Shown here: positions 50,143 through 61,552 of the stretch, in pieces
How the letters are laid out: each line of letters opens with the position of its first letter
Position numbering within the stretch: position 1 is the stretch's first letter
DNA from: Fimicolochytrium jonesii
Lineage: Eukaryota
Assembly (NCBI RefSeq): GCF_025526975.1
Contig: NW_026515674.1
Location: 620,001-684,000 of the forward strand
Length of the DNA stretch: 64,000 nucleotides
Reading direction: 5' to 3'
Notes under the pieces: model-generated
What the model was told of the DNA's origin: nothing
The model's input: only the letters and a program-made list of their open reading frames with translations
The model's database searches: none
Position numbers and translations under genes: made by a program

Positions 50143-52013
50143 CTAAATCAGGGAGTATGCGGGGTCAAGCTCATCATGCTCGGCAAAGCGGCTCTTGGGA
50201 CATTCAACGATACGCAAGATGCGACCGTCTGCGAGCTTTGCGTTTCCGCCCGCCTTCATTCGGTCCTTAATGTACTTGCGATTCTTTTCCTTGCCCATGC
50301 GTTTCCTCAAGTCTGTAGCTGTGCTGGCTTTGGCTACGAGCTTCTCGCCATGGTAGACGAGATAGGCGGGCTTTGCGTTGTTGTACATGGCCGGGAACTG
50401 GTCGTGCGCCGTGCTTTCTAGCTGATCAGCCGCGTCCGCCTCCACAAACTCGACAGGCCAGCGACTCTGTAATGTTTTTTTGACGACTTGTTCCCTAATG
50501 GCCTCGCAATTTCGCTGAAGACATTCTGCAAGCACAGCTACACTCGCATATTTCGCGAGCACCGTGCGGTCTGCTCGCGAGTCCGCTGGCGAGTCAGAAT
50601 ATACGACTAGCACCGGAGGGCCTGGGCGCTTCAGCACGACTGGTCCAGGGTCATCATCGAGCACAATACGCTTGATAGAGGCTAACTTCAAGTCAACAAG
50701 GGCATCAAACTCCTCTGACGCGGTTACCTCGCCTGAATATATGTTGAACTCTGATGCCACCAGCTTCTGTATGACCCATCGCTCATTCAGACAGTAGCGG
50801 CTCCCCGCAAAGCTCTGCAGCTTGGTGTGAAGGGCCGCCTTTGGTATTCCTAGACCAATCGCTAGCTCCTTGAAGCCGGCAAAAGTGCGGACGACTCGAC
50901 GAGAAAACCATACCACTGCGCATGATGTCGAAGCCGACCGGTGCTAGGCTCGCGGGCTTTATCAATGCCGTTTTCGCGGGCGGTATCACGCGGCTCTGGT
51001 GTAGGCTGTCGAGTAGATACAAGAGCGCCGTCTAGATTCTCGTTAAAAACCGATGAGACTTTCCATGCGTGTGCATACAGCGCTGGCAGCTGCATGTCCA
51101 GCTCAATACGGTTGCATTTCCAGCAGCACAGTTTCACGTTCTCTTCGTCGTTGTACAATAGTGTAGGGTTAACTCGGTCCGAACCACACATGCCGACCGC
51201 CTCGCACAGGTAGCATTCACCGGTCTGTTTTTGGAACGACTCGACGCCCGCCTTGCGCCCGCCAACCGATGGTCGTCCAGCGTTCACAAAGTTGCTGTTG
51301 ATCACAGCATCCATATCGAGCTCGGCGTCAGGCGTGTGCCTCCTTCGCACCGCATTAATCTGACACATCTGCCACACGTACTCCTCGGGTAATAACGTCC
51401 CCTTGAGAATGTTATCGAGATGGCACGCCGGTACGACATTGTTTTCAGAGTAACCCAGCCTGCTGTTCAGACGGTCGAGCCCGTTGAGTCAATCGCCCGC
51501 GTCTGGGAGAGCATCGCAGTAATGACACGCCTGTCCGATGAGCGTAAGCAGCGTGGCATCGTCTGTGAATGAGATGCGGCGGCTATCCGCTGATCGCTTG
51601 ATAGCTTTGAATCTATCGGCGACGGTGGTGCGCCGTTTGGTGTTGTACTGCGCGACGGCTTCAGGGTGCATTAACCGAAATCGCGCCTGGTCAAGCGCGT
51701 ACGTTTCGAGATATCCAGTCGGATCGAGCTCACGCTTGCGTTGGCGAAACGTCTCGTAATACTTTCGCGCGTTGAAGCAAACCTTACACTCGCTGGCCCA
51801 TCTATACTCGCTCCATCGAAATGCACCTCGTTCAAACGGCTTGTCGCACGTGCTGCACGGCTTTCCAGGGGTCTCGTTTCGATCCGCTGTGAGAGCCCGC
51901 TCAGCGTTTTGTGCGCGCCGTTGCGTGTTGTACGCGGTTTTGCACATATCTTGATTCTTTACGCGCTGATCGGCATCGTGCTCAACGTCACAGGCGACGC
52001 AGAGAAAACCCAT
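50143..52013 (-). pseudogene. Viral-type endonuclease-like gene: Zn fingers, two CxxC/HNH-like modules and three NUMOD1-like HTH repeats; one in-frame stop and one frameshift
   Basis: CHYCD..*LNGLDRLNSRLGYSENNVVPACHLDNILKG (TGA at 51491-51489; both flanking ORFs share a frame) and CYLCE..GSDRVNP..YNDEENVKLCCWKCN; frameshift ~50925-50945 into ORF 50143-50916. Confidence 0.75.
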
Positions 52014-52185
52014 CGGACCGCACCCGTTATATGCCCAATCCACAGCCCGCGAGGATATGTGATGATATCACTTGTCCGAATACCCAACCGCCCATCGAGC
52101 AGTCCCGCGAAACGATGTCGTTCAGTCGGCGTTAAGGGCGAATCCGCATCGGCAACAAAGTCGGTCGGTCCATTCTGCACGCAAC

Positions 52186-52635
52186 TCATCCGGCCAGAGG
52201 CACAGGTAGCGAGACGGTGGATCTGGTGCCGGCCGTTCTGTCATGAGTGTCGTTCAAAGCTTTGCGAAGCGTTTCCCAATCTTCATCGGTCAGGGTCTTT
52301 CGAAACTGAGCCAGCCGCTGAAGGCTCCGTTCTTGGAAGTAGGTTTTGGGACGACCGCTACTGTAGGTGCAGATCTTGACCTCGCTCGAAGCCTCACCCC
52401 AGGTATCACGGGAGGCCTGCACCACGCTCAGAGCTCTGATCAACTCCCTCGCGTCGAGAGAGACCCTGATATTTTCTTCGGCAATATCGTGGTCGGAGGA
52501 AGTGGCTACGTCGTCAGCGTTTTGCTGCGGCAATCGCCTTTGATTGTCGGGAGTGTTGAGGTCGAAAGAGAGATTCTGAGTGTTGATATGGAACGTTGAG
52601 TGGTTGCGTTCCGCAAACATTTCGTTGCTTTCCAT
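52186..52635 (-). CDS. Hypothetical 149-aa intronless ORF, viral or host origin unclear
   Basis: ATG-initiated ORF with a TATAAA-like element ~50 nt upstream; no motif recognised. Confidence 0.35.
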   Translation of the reverse strand: MESNEMFAERNHSTFHINTQNLSFDLNTPDNQRRLPQQNADDVATSSDHDIAEENIRVSLDARELIRALSVVQASRDTWGEASSEVKICTYSSGRPKTYFQERSLQRLAQFRKTLTDEDWETLRKALNDTHDRTAGTRSTVSLPVPLAG

Positions 52636-53052
52636 GCAAAAGGTTGAATTTGAGACAAGCGCAGTGTTGCCGAGTCCCGCGCTTTATAGCCGTCAAACAG
52701 ATTAAAAATTTCAGGGACACGTGAAACAATAGCACGTGGTCAGTGGAGCAACCGCACCTTTGACAGGTGACAAATTTGCGTTGCTTCAAATGATAAGGCC
52801 CTCCCCACCCGTTCTTCCTGTCAATTGGCATCCGCATAGGATCGCGGTTATCAGATCTGTGGGTCCTAGAATGTCATCATCGACTTGGGAGGTAAGACTT
52901 GGAAGGTAAGTGGGACCTAAAGGGATATCGAGCAGCAGGTGAAGATGAAGCCCCGGATCAGCTCAGAAGCGAGTAACGAATCAGCTACTCCGAGTAGCTT
53001 GTAGATAGGGTATTTGAGTGATTCGTCCGCCCCGTCCCATCCGGAAACGAAA

Positions 53053-54236
53053 ATGGAAGCACCAGACAGAGGCCACCTCAAAGCGGTCGTCCTCCAAGCC
53101 ATCGCAAAGGACTCTCAGAGCGAGCAGAGCGACGATATCTCGTTCCAACGAGCCATTCCCGCTGCTAGCTCCGAAGAAACCGCCGCGTCCTTAGAGCGCT
53201 TGTTGCAGTCCGATTTGAGTGTATTTTTGGGTGAGTTGTTCACATGCGCATGTTGGGCAGGCATAGTACGGCAGCAGCAACAAGACTACAGGGCGACCGC
53301 TTCTAACGTAGTCTGGGGCTCGTTCCACAGAAAAATATGGGAGATATCTCAGCAAGCAGGATTTAGCTCTTTTCGACCCATTTTCAGGTATGAGCCCCAG
53401 ATGCACATTGCTAATAACCATCGCAAAACTCATAGAGTTGTCCCCTTACAGAGAAGTACGAAGTCGCTCACTACCTCAGCCTCTACCGCACGCCCCTGCC
53501 CGCCATTACAACTACGCAACTACGCAACCGCCGCCTTGCTTACCTCACATCCCATCTTTCCCACACCGACTACTTTTCCCCCTCCAACCTGCGCACTCGG
53601 GCGCCGGAGCTCTACCACACCTACATTGGCCAGTATGAGGACGACTCGGGAGCCGCGTTCCCGGAGAGTATGGGGCTTGTGGATCGCATATATGAGAGCT
53701 GGGAGAAGGAGGTGGCGGGCGAGAGGGTGAGGAGGGAGCGGGAGGAGACGTTTGAGGAGTTTGATACGGAGAGCGAGGAGGATGGTGATGAGAGCGTCGA
53801 GGATGAGATGGAACCCGGGGGAGCCGATCCGTTACCACCGCCGGAACCAAGTGGGCCTGACGTCCCATCGAATCCGATGGCAGCGTCCACATTCACATCT
53901 ACGTCAGATTCAACAACGCCGCAAATATCCGAAGCTGAGAGGGAAGCCCTCGCGGCTGAGTTTACGGAAATTATGCGGCGGCGCTTCATTGACGGCAAAG
54001 ATGTGGGTTTTCTGTTCATCTGTACGGGCTTCTGCTATCTGCGCTAATGATCTTGTCGGTTGCAGTCGGATCACTTTGATTATTCGCCCGTAGACAGTAA
54101 TCCGGACTATGGCATGTTCTCAGCGGAAGCACGGCATGACCGCGACGAGGCGTATTTTGACGCCGACGATGACGACGGGGACGGGAATTCGATGGACCCC
54201 TTCCAATGCTTGAAGGAGGGGGAGTACGACTATTAA
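53053..54236 (+). CDS. CCDC97-like protein (DUF2052)
   Basis: LLQSDLSVFL..YG, LRNRRLAYL..DYFS..RAPELYHTYIGQY, EFTEIMRRRFIDGKD..FDYSPVDSNPDY; several introns. Confidence 0.85.
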
Positions 54237-54434
54237 GTTTCCAGAAGTTAGCACAAGTCGAAGCAGTTTTTGGTGTTTTGGTAGCTTCATGAGAGCAGCG
54301 GTGTATGTGTATGTGTCATGTACGGAGTCGATCCCACAAACGTCCTCCGTCATCTGAAGCAGTAGGGCCGTGATCTAGACTATGCTAGTCGAAAACGCCG
54401 CGATGATCGTCTCACATAGGTTTATGGATAAACC

Positions 54435-57081
54435 TCAACCGCCACACTTGGTTGACTCTTCTTGCGTCCAATGGACCACGAAGACGGGAAAATGCGGATG
54501 ATATTTGCACTCCCCCAGGGAGACTTTTGTTTTCTGTCCGGCGGACGAGCTGCCTTCCCTTTTTATGACTAAGGAGTTGGCGATGCACACGCGGGTCATG
54601 GATTGTAGCTCCTGGGAATGAGACAGAGAATTTGAGCAAACGACTGAACGGCAACGACGCGATCCGAAACGAAATATCCAACCTTCATCCGGTCCTCCTT
54701 TGCATAATCTGAACTTTCGCTCGCCTGTGCGTCGTGCTTGGCGGATAGTATCAACTCCTGGAGCGCTGTTTTGGATTTTGCCAAACACTCTTCTGCTGCC
54801 GCAAACACCTATTGGTTCCAAGTACGTATCGTGCGGTCTATAAGCGAGAAGCACAAGGAATGCGCGGGGCTAACATAAAGGAGCTTTGGTCACAAGTAAA
54901 CCGACCTTCGTCGCATCCACCCGTTCGTCTCTCCAAGCCGTAAAATCCTGAAACTTTGCTCTCGCCGGACTGGACAACGTCGCGAAGGCTCTAAACCGAT
55001 GCTCAAAATGCGTGTCCTCGCGATACGCTTTATGCCTGGGAGGGGCCAGGAACCCTTGCTGGTAGTAGTGCCGGCCCAAGTATAGTAAGCCATCTAGAAT
55101 CTTTGTCTTTGCCTCCGTCTCTATCCGTAAAAGCGTGACGTGCCAATGCCGGTCCTTGTCGGGGATTGATGCGCCGCCTTGCGATACCCTCATCAGCACG
55201 ACAGACAGCTCATGCAGTAGAGCTCTGATGTGCCATAGAACCATCAGATGCTCATAGCTCGCGTAGAGATCTAGCTCGTACCCGAGCTGTAGGTACAGGA
55301 TCATCAGTAATAGCTTCTGATGGTATACCCATAATGATAGCGCGAACGAGGGGTATGGCGGAGATAGCTTTCGAGAGAACATTGTGGTGGTTCTCGCCGG
55401 CGATTCGCTTTTGGATGACTGTGCCTCCAGTGTCTGGATCGCTACCTGCAGCTGATCCCACGAAAGAATGACTTTCCGCAACCCCCGGTGCTGTCTTGAC
55501 CGATTTTTGCAGTATAATTTCAAAGTCGCGTCCACCGGTCCTTGTGCAATTCCCAGGAACTGATGCAGCATTTCAGCCGAGTAAGCTGCGTCTCTGTGCT
55601 CGAAAAAGTCCTTGAGAGCAAGTTTGATCAGGTTTAGTGCTCCAAGCATTGTGCTAGGACTCGTTGGATTCAGCACGATGTTATGCAAACACGCCCGAGC
55701 CAGCACACTCGGGGCGGGCTTACGAGCCGAAAAGGACTCGAGGAACGATAATTGCGTGGTGAGGGTAGCCCCTGCCGGCTGTGAGCAAACATCGTGTACG
55801 TGCGACAACAACGTGGCCATATCGTCCATTGCTTGCTTTTTGGGCATCACGCTGATAGGTTTTGGCGGCGCGGTAGTGAAAAGCTTCCGTGTGATAAAAG
55901 GATCGAAGAAGTTGTCGACATCACAACCAATGTCCATCGTACGTTCGATAAGTTCGAGGTGCCGCATTCCGTCCGCCGCGCATTTTTGAGCGCGTAAACG
56001 ATCACGGTTGTTGATGCTTTCTATCATTGAGTAAAATGCTCGCCGGAAGCGAACTCTGCACAGAAGAGCATCGAGGATTTCCGGCTTCTCTCTGGGTGAA
56101 ACGCCAAGCTGCGCCCAATCCTCGGATGAGATGGCTTCGATGTCGGTATCACCGGCCGACGCGAAGGCAAGGTTCTCTTCCACGTCAAGCAATGCTGCAA
56201 CGGCGTCTCCTTGGGGTACTTCCTCGCACAGTGAGAATCCCATCGTCTCCGGAGCAAAGTCCTCTTCATCGGCGATCTTCGAGTCTGACACCATTCGTAT
56301 GATCCCATCCGCGGTTCGGAGGATCGCCACGGCGCAGGCATACAGCACTGGATGTGGAATCTTGTGTGGATCATGCAGATATATACAAGTAAAGAGTGTC
56401 TGACAAAGAAAGTTTCCTGCTATCCATGACATTTCGCGACTTAGGAGTTCGTCGAGAATGCCGATGATCTCCACACTCGATAGAAACTGCTCCGCGATGT
56501 CGGCGACTTTGAGTTGATTTTTCGGTTGATACTGTGCGAGTTCCATACCGGGATCCATTTTCGGGTCCATCATCTGTGGCAACTTCGTGTGAGCAGGACG
56601 AATGGAGTCTTGGCAACCAGCCCAATCTGACCTCTATGGCCGACATTGAATCCCACAACGTGAAGCCTTCCGGATGCAACAAATGCCCAACGTCCAACTC
56701 TTAAATCAAGAACAGTCGACCTTTCATGAGCTTTTCGTGAGTTGCGCAGACAAAAAGGTGGTCTCTACAGACATCCAAGCCGTACCGTCCGTGGCCTCCA
56801 GAAAGAACTCCGTCACATCTGTCCATGAGTTTTGTGATTCCCAGTGGTGAGATGGGGGAACGTCGAAGTGCTCGGCTATATAGGTTTTCGAAGTTCAGGA
56901 AGCGGTAAATGGTTTGCTGCGCAATTCATGCCGCTTAAGTCTTCGTACCTTCACCTAGCGCTGGAGCGCTCGCTACAGCACCCTCCTCGATTCTGAGGCA
57001 CGGCAAACGTCAGATTGTTACCTTGCTCGTGCGTCTCGTCTCTCTCTCTCTCACGCCAATTGCCTACCTTTGCAAGGTCAT
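54435..57081 (-). CDS. MAK10: NatC auxiliary subunit Mak10/NAA35
   Basis: WTDVTEFF, GFTLWDSMSAIEMMDPKMDPGM, LCQTLFTCIYLH, NRSRQHR, GYELDLYASYE, FEHRFRAF, HPHFPV. Confidence 0.92.
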
Positions 57082-58583
57082 ATTCCCAGTCCTCGGACAG
57101 CCTGCAGGAACAGTGCCTGTGTCGATGCGGACTCGTGCTCTGAACGTAGCGTCCCACTATGATGCTACAGAGTTCGTCCTTCCGAACGAGATTGGACTGA
57201 CAAAAGGGTAAGATCCCGCAAATGTCGTCCGGAGCCGTGGCGGATGACGTCACGTGATGTTCTTGTCGGAGCCGAACAAGTGTCAATGCAACTGACGGGA
57301 CCGTCTAGGGGACCGAAGGCGAGTATTACAGTATTACGCTCCATCAGCGGTACAGAAGGCTAAGACATGTCAGTCAGTCCATGCATCGGGTCCCTTCAGT
57401 AGAGCTTCCAACCCCACATAGTCAAAACACACTCCACCGTGGTAATGGAGTGAGGGGCACCACGGTTTCCGAGCCTTCCCTTGCTCCACAGGGACCCCAG
57501 TTTTCCGATATAACACTCAGTTGGAGCTCCTCCGAAAACCTTATATTCCTAGGATTCTTGAACATTCCGGTGCGGATATTCTTCCATCAGCACCGCGAAC
57601 AGAGTGATCCTCCTTGTAGAGACCACATATGCTACTCGTTGAAGTACCGTCAGAGCAGCATTATCCATGAAAGATTTGGCTCTCGCAAGACAGATCCCAC
57701 GTTTTGCTAGTTTGGTGCTATACGTAGATGAACCGGCGATGACGGCTACCGTACATGTTGGCATGCAGCGTCAGGTTGACGTGGCGCTGAATAGAATTCT
57801 CCATGAACCCCCAACTTGCCAGGAATCTCCACAACCTGCCCCATCGTGCAATCGGTTCCAGGGCCCCCCGCGTTCTTTGCATTGAGACGATCCGAGTGAC
57901 ATCAAGCTCCCCACAGCAAAGGCAAAAGTTGTGTGTCTCTACGAAGCATCATCGCACGTGCTGCCTCCACAAAAACAGAAACGTGGCGTGGACGGCAGCC
58001 TCCACGATGGTTTCAAAGTATCTATAAAGCGCAGGAAGACGGGCAAGGTCCCTCCAATGTAACGTTTTGGAGTTCCACCTCCGGCAATACCTGTCATCTG
58101 GTGTCAGTCTTGCATCGCATCATTCTTCGACGCCTTCAGGAGGAGGAAATCGTTCGGTGCGTATGGCCGACCGCCATTTTTTCATCGTTCAAGGTGCAGA
58201 TGCGCAACTTTGCTTATCGTCCCTTGCCATTTGGAAACTTGGGAAGTTCGAGCACTGAACACGATTGCACAGTATCAGCCGTCGAAAAAACGAATATCTT
58301 TTACATTTCAAACCTCTCTCTGCTACGGAGTCGATATTTGTGTGGGATTGACGTGCTACTATTTCTGCTGACGGAGGGATAAGACGTCCACCACGATCCC
58401 GATTTGATTGTATAGCCCCTTCGCAAACTGTAGGTGGATGCTGGCATTGCAGTGAATCAATTCCGCCTGTATGTGATTGTGCCGGCTTCACGGTTGCCCT
58501 TACCTGCATCATTTATTCGCTTGGTTTTCCTTTCACTGCTCGCTGACTAGCAGACCCGGTGACTACGTAATTGATACCGAATC

Positions 58584-59408
58584 ATGTGAGTGCCGTCCAA
58601 GTCATTTCTCTTCTCCGTGCAGTAATCAACGGCCCACGCTTATACTGTCTCACAATATCATAGGGTTGCTTTTAGCAGTTGGCGATACCAAGCATGGATT
58701 GCCACGGTGAGTAGGACTCGCAGTGACGCGCTGTAACGCAGCGGCGCCAAGCATACACATACGGTGTGCGCTGCACCCAATCACTTACCGGGGACCGCAT
58801 CCGCTCACTAATCCTCATGTCTACCTATGTATGTTTGCTTCTGATCTGGTATAGTATACACTCCTGGCGCTTTGGGGCTTTCTATGGCTCCTCGCTCATA
58901 CTTTCCGCGGCTTGGGTCGTCCTCTAATGGGCGGCGCGACCGGCGCTGGATTGGGCGGCGCGGCCGGTGGTGGACCTGGTGCGCTTGAAGGCGGAACGGC
59001 GGGGACTGCTGCTGGTGCCGCAACGGGTGGCAAGCATCCGCATGTAAGTTTTTCCGTCCACACCCACTTTGGCTTTTTTGTAATTTTGTGCGTAGTTCCT
59101 CGTACTGACTCCCCTCTCCTTCTGCTGCAATTTGCACATGCCTTACGTACACCCAGGGCTGGCGCGTCCAAAATGCAGCTCGAATTGCCCGGAACTCCTT
59201 CCTCATGTCTCTCGCCGCCACTGTCATCAACGAGCTCGGGTTCGGCATCACACGTACGGTTGCGGCGCTTATCTGGACCTTCTTCGCGCTGTCCATCCTC
59301 CACATCTTTGCTGCCATGGCCACCCGTCACTATGCTCTGCCTTGGTTAGTCGGCTTCCCGCAGTATGTGATCATCATGATTGCGGTTGGGTTGGCGTTCC
59401 GGGGATGA
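58584..59408 (+). CDS. Small multi-pass membrane protein of unknown function with a Gly/Ala-rich loop
   Basis: Spliced MVAFSSWRYQAWIATYTLLALWGFLWLLAH..GWRVQNAARIARNSFLMSL..ALIWTFFALSILH..YVIIMIAVGLAFRG. Confidence 0.65.
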
Positions 59409-60309
59409 GCGAGTCGTCACCGGATGGCGCGGTGGGCCTTCCCCGCCGAATTCAGTCTAGGTTCCCAGTGCATAGCTCAAATTGATACCACCATGTCATT
59501 CTTTACCCCTTTCCTTTTACTGTTCGTTTTTCTTTCGTCAATTCCCAATTCCCGAGGTTGTTAATATCCAGCGTAAAAAAATATGTACAAAATCGATGCT
59601 CGGTCGTTGCCGAGTAATTGTTTGCTCGCATGCGACCAAGGGGAATGGGCCCTCGACGCTGGATGGGGATGTGCACTGATTGAGGATGATACCAATGCCG
59701 TATATATATACTCATCCGAGGGAGAGAGGACGCACTGCTTCCACCTGGCAAGTGGGAATCGTCAAAAAAACGGGCTGTCAAATGCGCTCAAGTTGACAGT
59801 AACGGCATGCATGACTCAACGAGTTGGATCGCCGATCTGCTTTTCCTGGTTCCACCTTCGGGTTTGACTTGGAACACACCCATTAAATCGCATTGCCCAA
59901 TCTGCGGGCCTTCGGCTACGTTGTTCCATACATCCGTTTGGTCCTCAGAGCCATATACTCCCTTCAACTGGGACAAACCTGCACTTGGAGGAGAACGGGT
60001 TCGCTTACATATAATTCGTCTAATCCGGACACGAGGATTTTCCGGGGCATCGACAAGAAAGTTGGGCCCAAGTTTTCAAAGTCCTGTTTCGAACGTACGC
60101 CTTAAGAAGTCCTCACAATCCTATTCCTGGAGCCTGCTTTTTCATCCAGGAAAGGTTTTGGAGGCTCCGTACGGTTGCCGTTCTCGCGCCGCGTGATCTT
60201 TACCCATCGTGTGACGACGCAGGGCTTAGTTGCGTGGTGCGGGCTGGCCAGCCTGTGACGTAGAATCATTGAGAAGCGTTGTCCAGCTGCGACCGAGAGA
60301 TTTCCGACG

Positions 60310-61092
60310 ATGGTCAAACCACCGCTATGCACGCTGTCATCGGCCTTGCGAGCCGCAGAGTCGTTTTCGGGTTCAGCACCGCCTTTTTGCAGCGCTCAAT
60401 CCATATCAATCCCACGCCATCCATCGAAAACTCGCTCATCACCGCTCCTCCACACCCGCACGCTACACACCACCATCTCTCACAATGCCCAGTGGGCGCC
60501 GCGAAAACCCACGCCGCATGAAATCCTTTCCCTGCCACCGACGGCTACGAAACAACACATCAAATCCCAATACTACCGCCTCAGCATGCAGTATCATCCC
60601 GATCGGGCGATGCAGCGCGGCGAACAGGACGCCGAGGCCGCCGCCGCGTGCGCGAAACGATATCAGGAGGTGCAGGAAGCGTACCGGATCCTGACGGGCA
60701 GAGACGTGAATGCAAGTTGTGTGCACGAGGAGTCCCAGACGGCAGGGGCATATAGACATCCGCACGACCCGCACGCGTCCGAATATGACGCCGAGTACTT
60801 CTACCAGCATCACCAGCATCACCCACATTACGGATACACGGCGTACTACGATACGCCCCAGCACGGGTTCGGGGAGTCGCATTGGAGCGTGTTCCTGTGC
60901 ATTGGGATAACGGTGCTAGGGTTCTATTTTGGGAGTAGTTATTATTATGCGAGGGAGGAGAGAGAGCAGATTGATCGCGCGTGGGTTGCGCATATGCGGG
61001 CGAAGGAGAAAGAGGGACTGGCGGAGGCGTTGGGGTATGTGAGGCCGCAGAGGAGGAGGAAAGTTGTCGAGAAGGCGCCGGAGGAAGCCTGA
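60310..61092 (+). CDS. J-domain (DnaJ) protein with a C-terminal TM helix, probably mitochondrial
   Basis: TPHEILSL..IKSQYYRLSMQYHPD..YQEVQEAYRILT; hydrophobic VFLCIGITVLGFYF; start uncertain. Confidence 0.85.
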   Translation: MVKPPLCTLSSALRAAESFSGSAPPFCSAQSISIPRHPSKTRSSPLLHTRTLHTTISHNAQWAPRKPTPHEILSLPPTATKQHIKSQYYRLSMQYHPDRAMQRGEQDAEAAAACAKRYQEVQEAYRILTGRDVNASCVHEESQTAGAYRHPHDPHASEYDAEYFYQHHQHHPHYGYTAYYDTPQHGFGESHWSVFLCIGITVLGFYFGSSYYYAREEREQIDRAWVAHMRAKEKEGLAEALGYVRPQRRRKVVEKAPEEA

Positions 61093-61552
61093 CTTATGCG
61101 GGGATGGTTGGACGTCTGGGGTTCGGGTGTCTATCTTCTGCCCATTTTTGGAAGTCGTCTCTGCGACACTGTGTGTGAAGGTTGCCTACGTCTATCACTG
61201 TACATAGTTCATGACCCTCCGTTGTTTGGAGTCATTATCGCTCGCTGGAAGGGCTTTCTTATCATCTTGGCGCGTCTTCCCATACTTCTGTTCTATTACC
61301 GATCCTCCACGCCGGGTGCGGAAGGAGCCGAGACCGAACGTACATCCACATCAGAATACAGGTGCCTCGCACCTGGGAGACTGAAATACCATCCCTCGCT
61401 TTGGAACAAGGGCACATTTCCGCTTAGATTATATCACGGGTATTAAACAAAAAACTATTTACAATCAACGCGAGCCCCGAACGTTGCGAAGAAGAACCGG
61501 CGCCCAGGTCTCTCCTCATGATAGCGCAAGGACGGCGCTAGCTCCTGAGAAG

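Larger units (their letters stand above)
49032..52700. mobile_element. Endogenous giant-virus (Nucleocytoviricota) fragment; boundaries approximate
   Basis: Intronless island containing an NCLDV capsid remnant and a viral-type HNH gene remnant, flanked by intron-rich host genes. Confidence 0.85.

Noticed and set aside
57300..58500. Short ORFs between MAK10 and the small membrane gene
   Set aside because: No consistent frame, splice pattern or motif; treated as intergenic or undetermined
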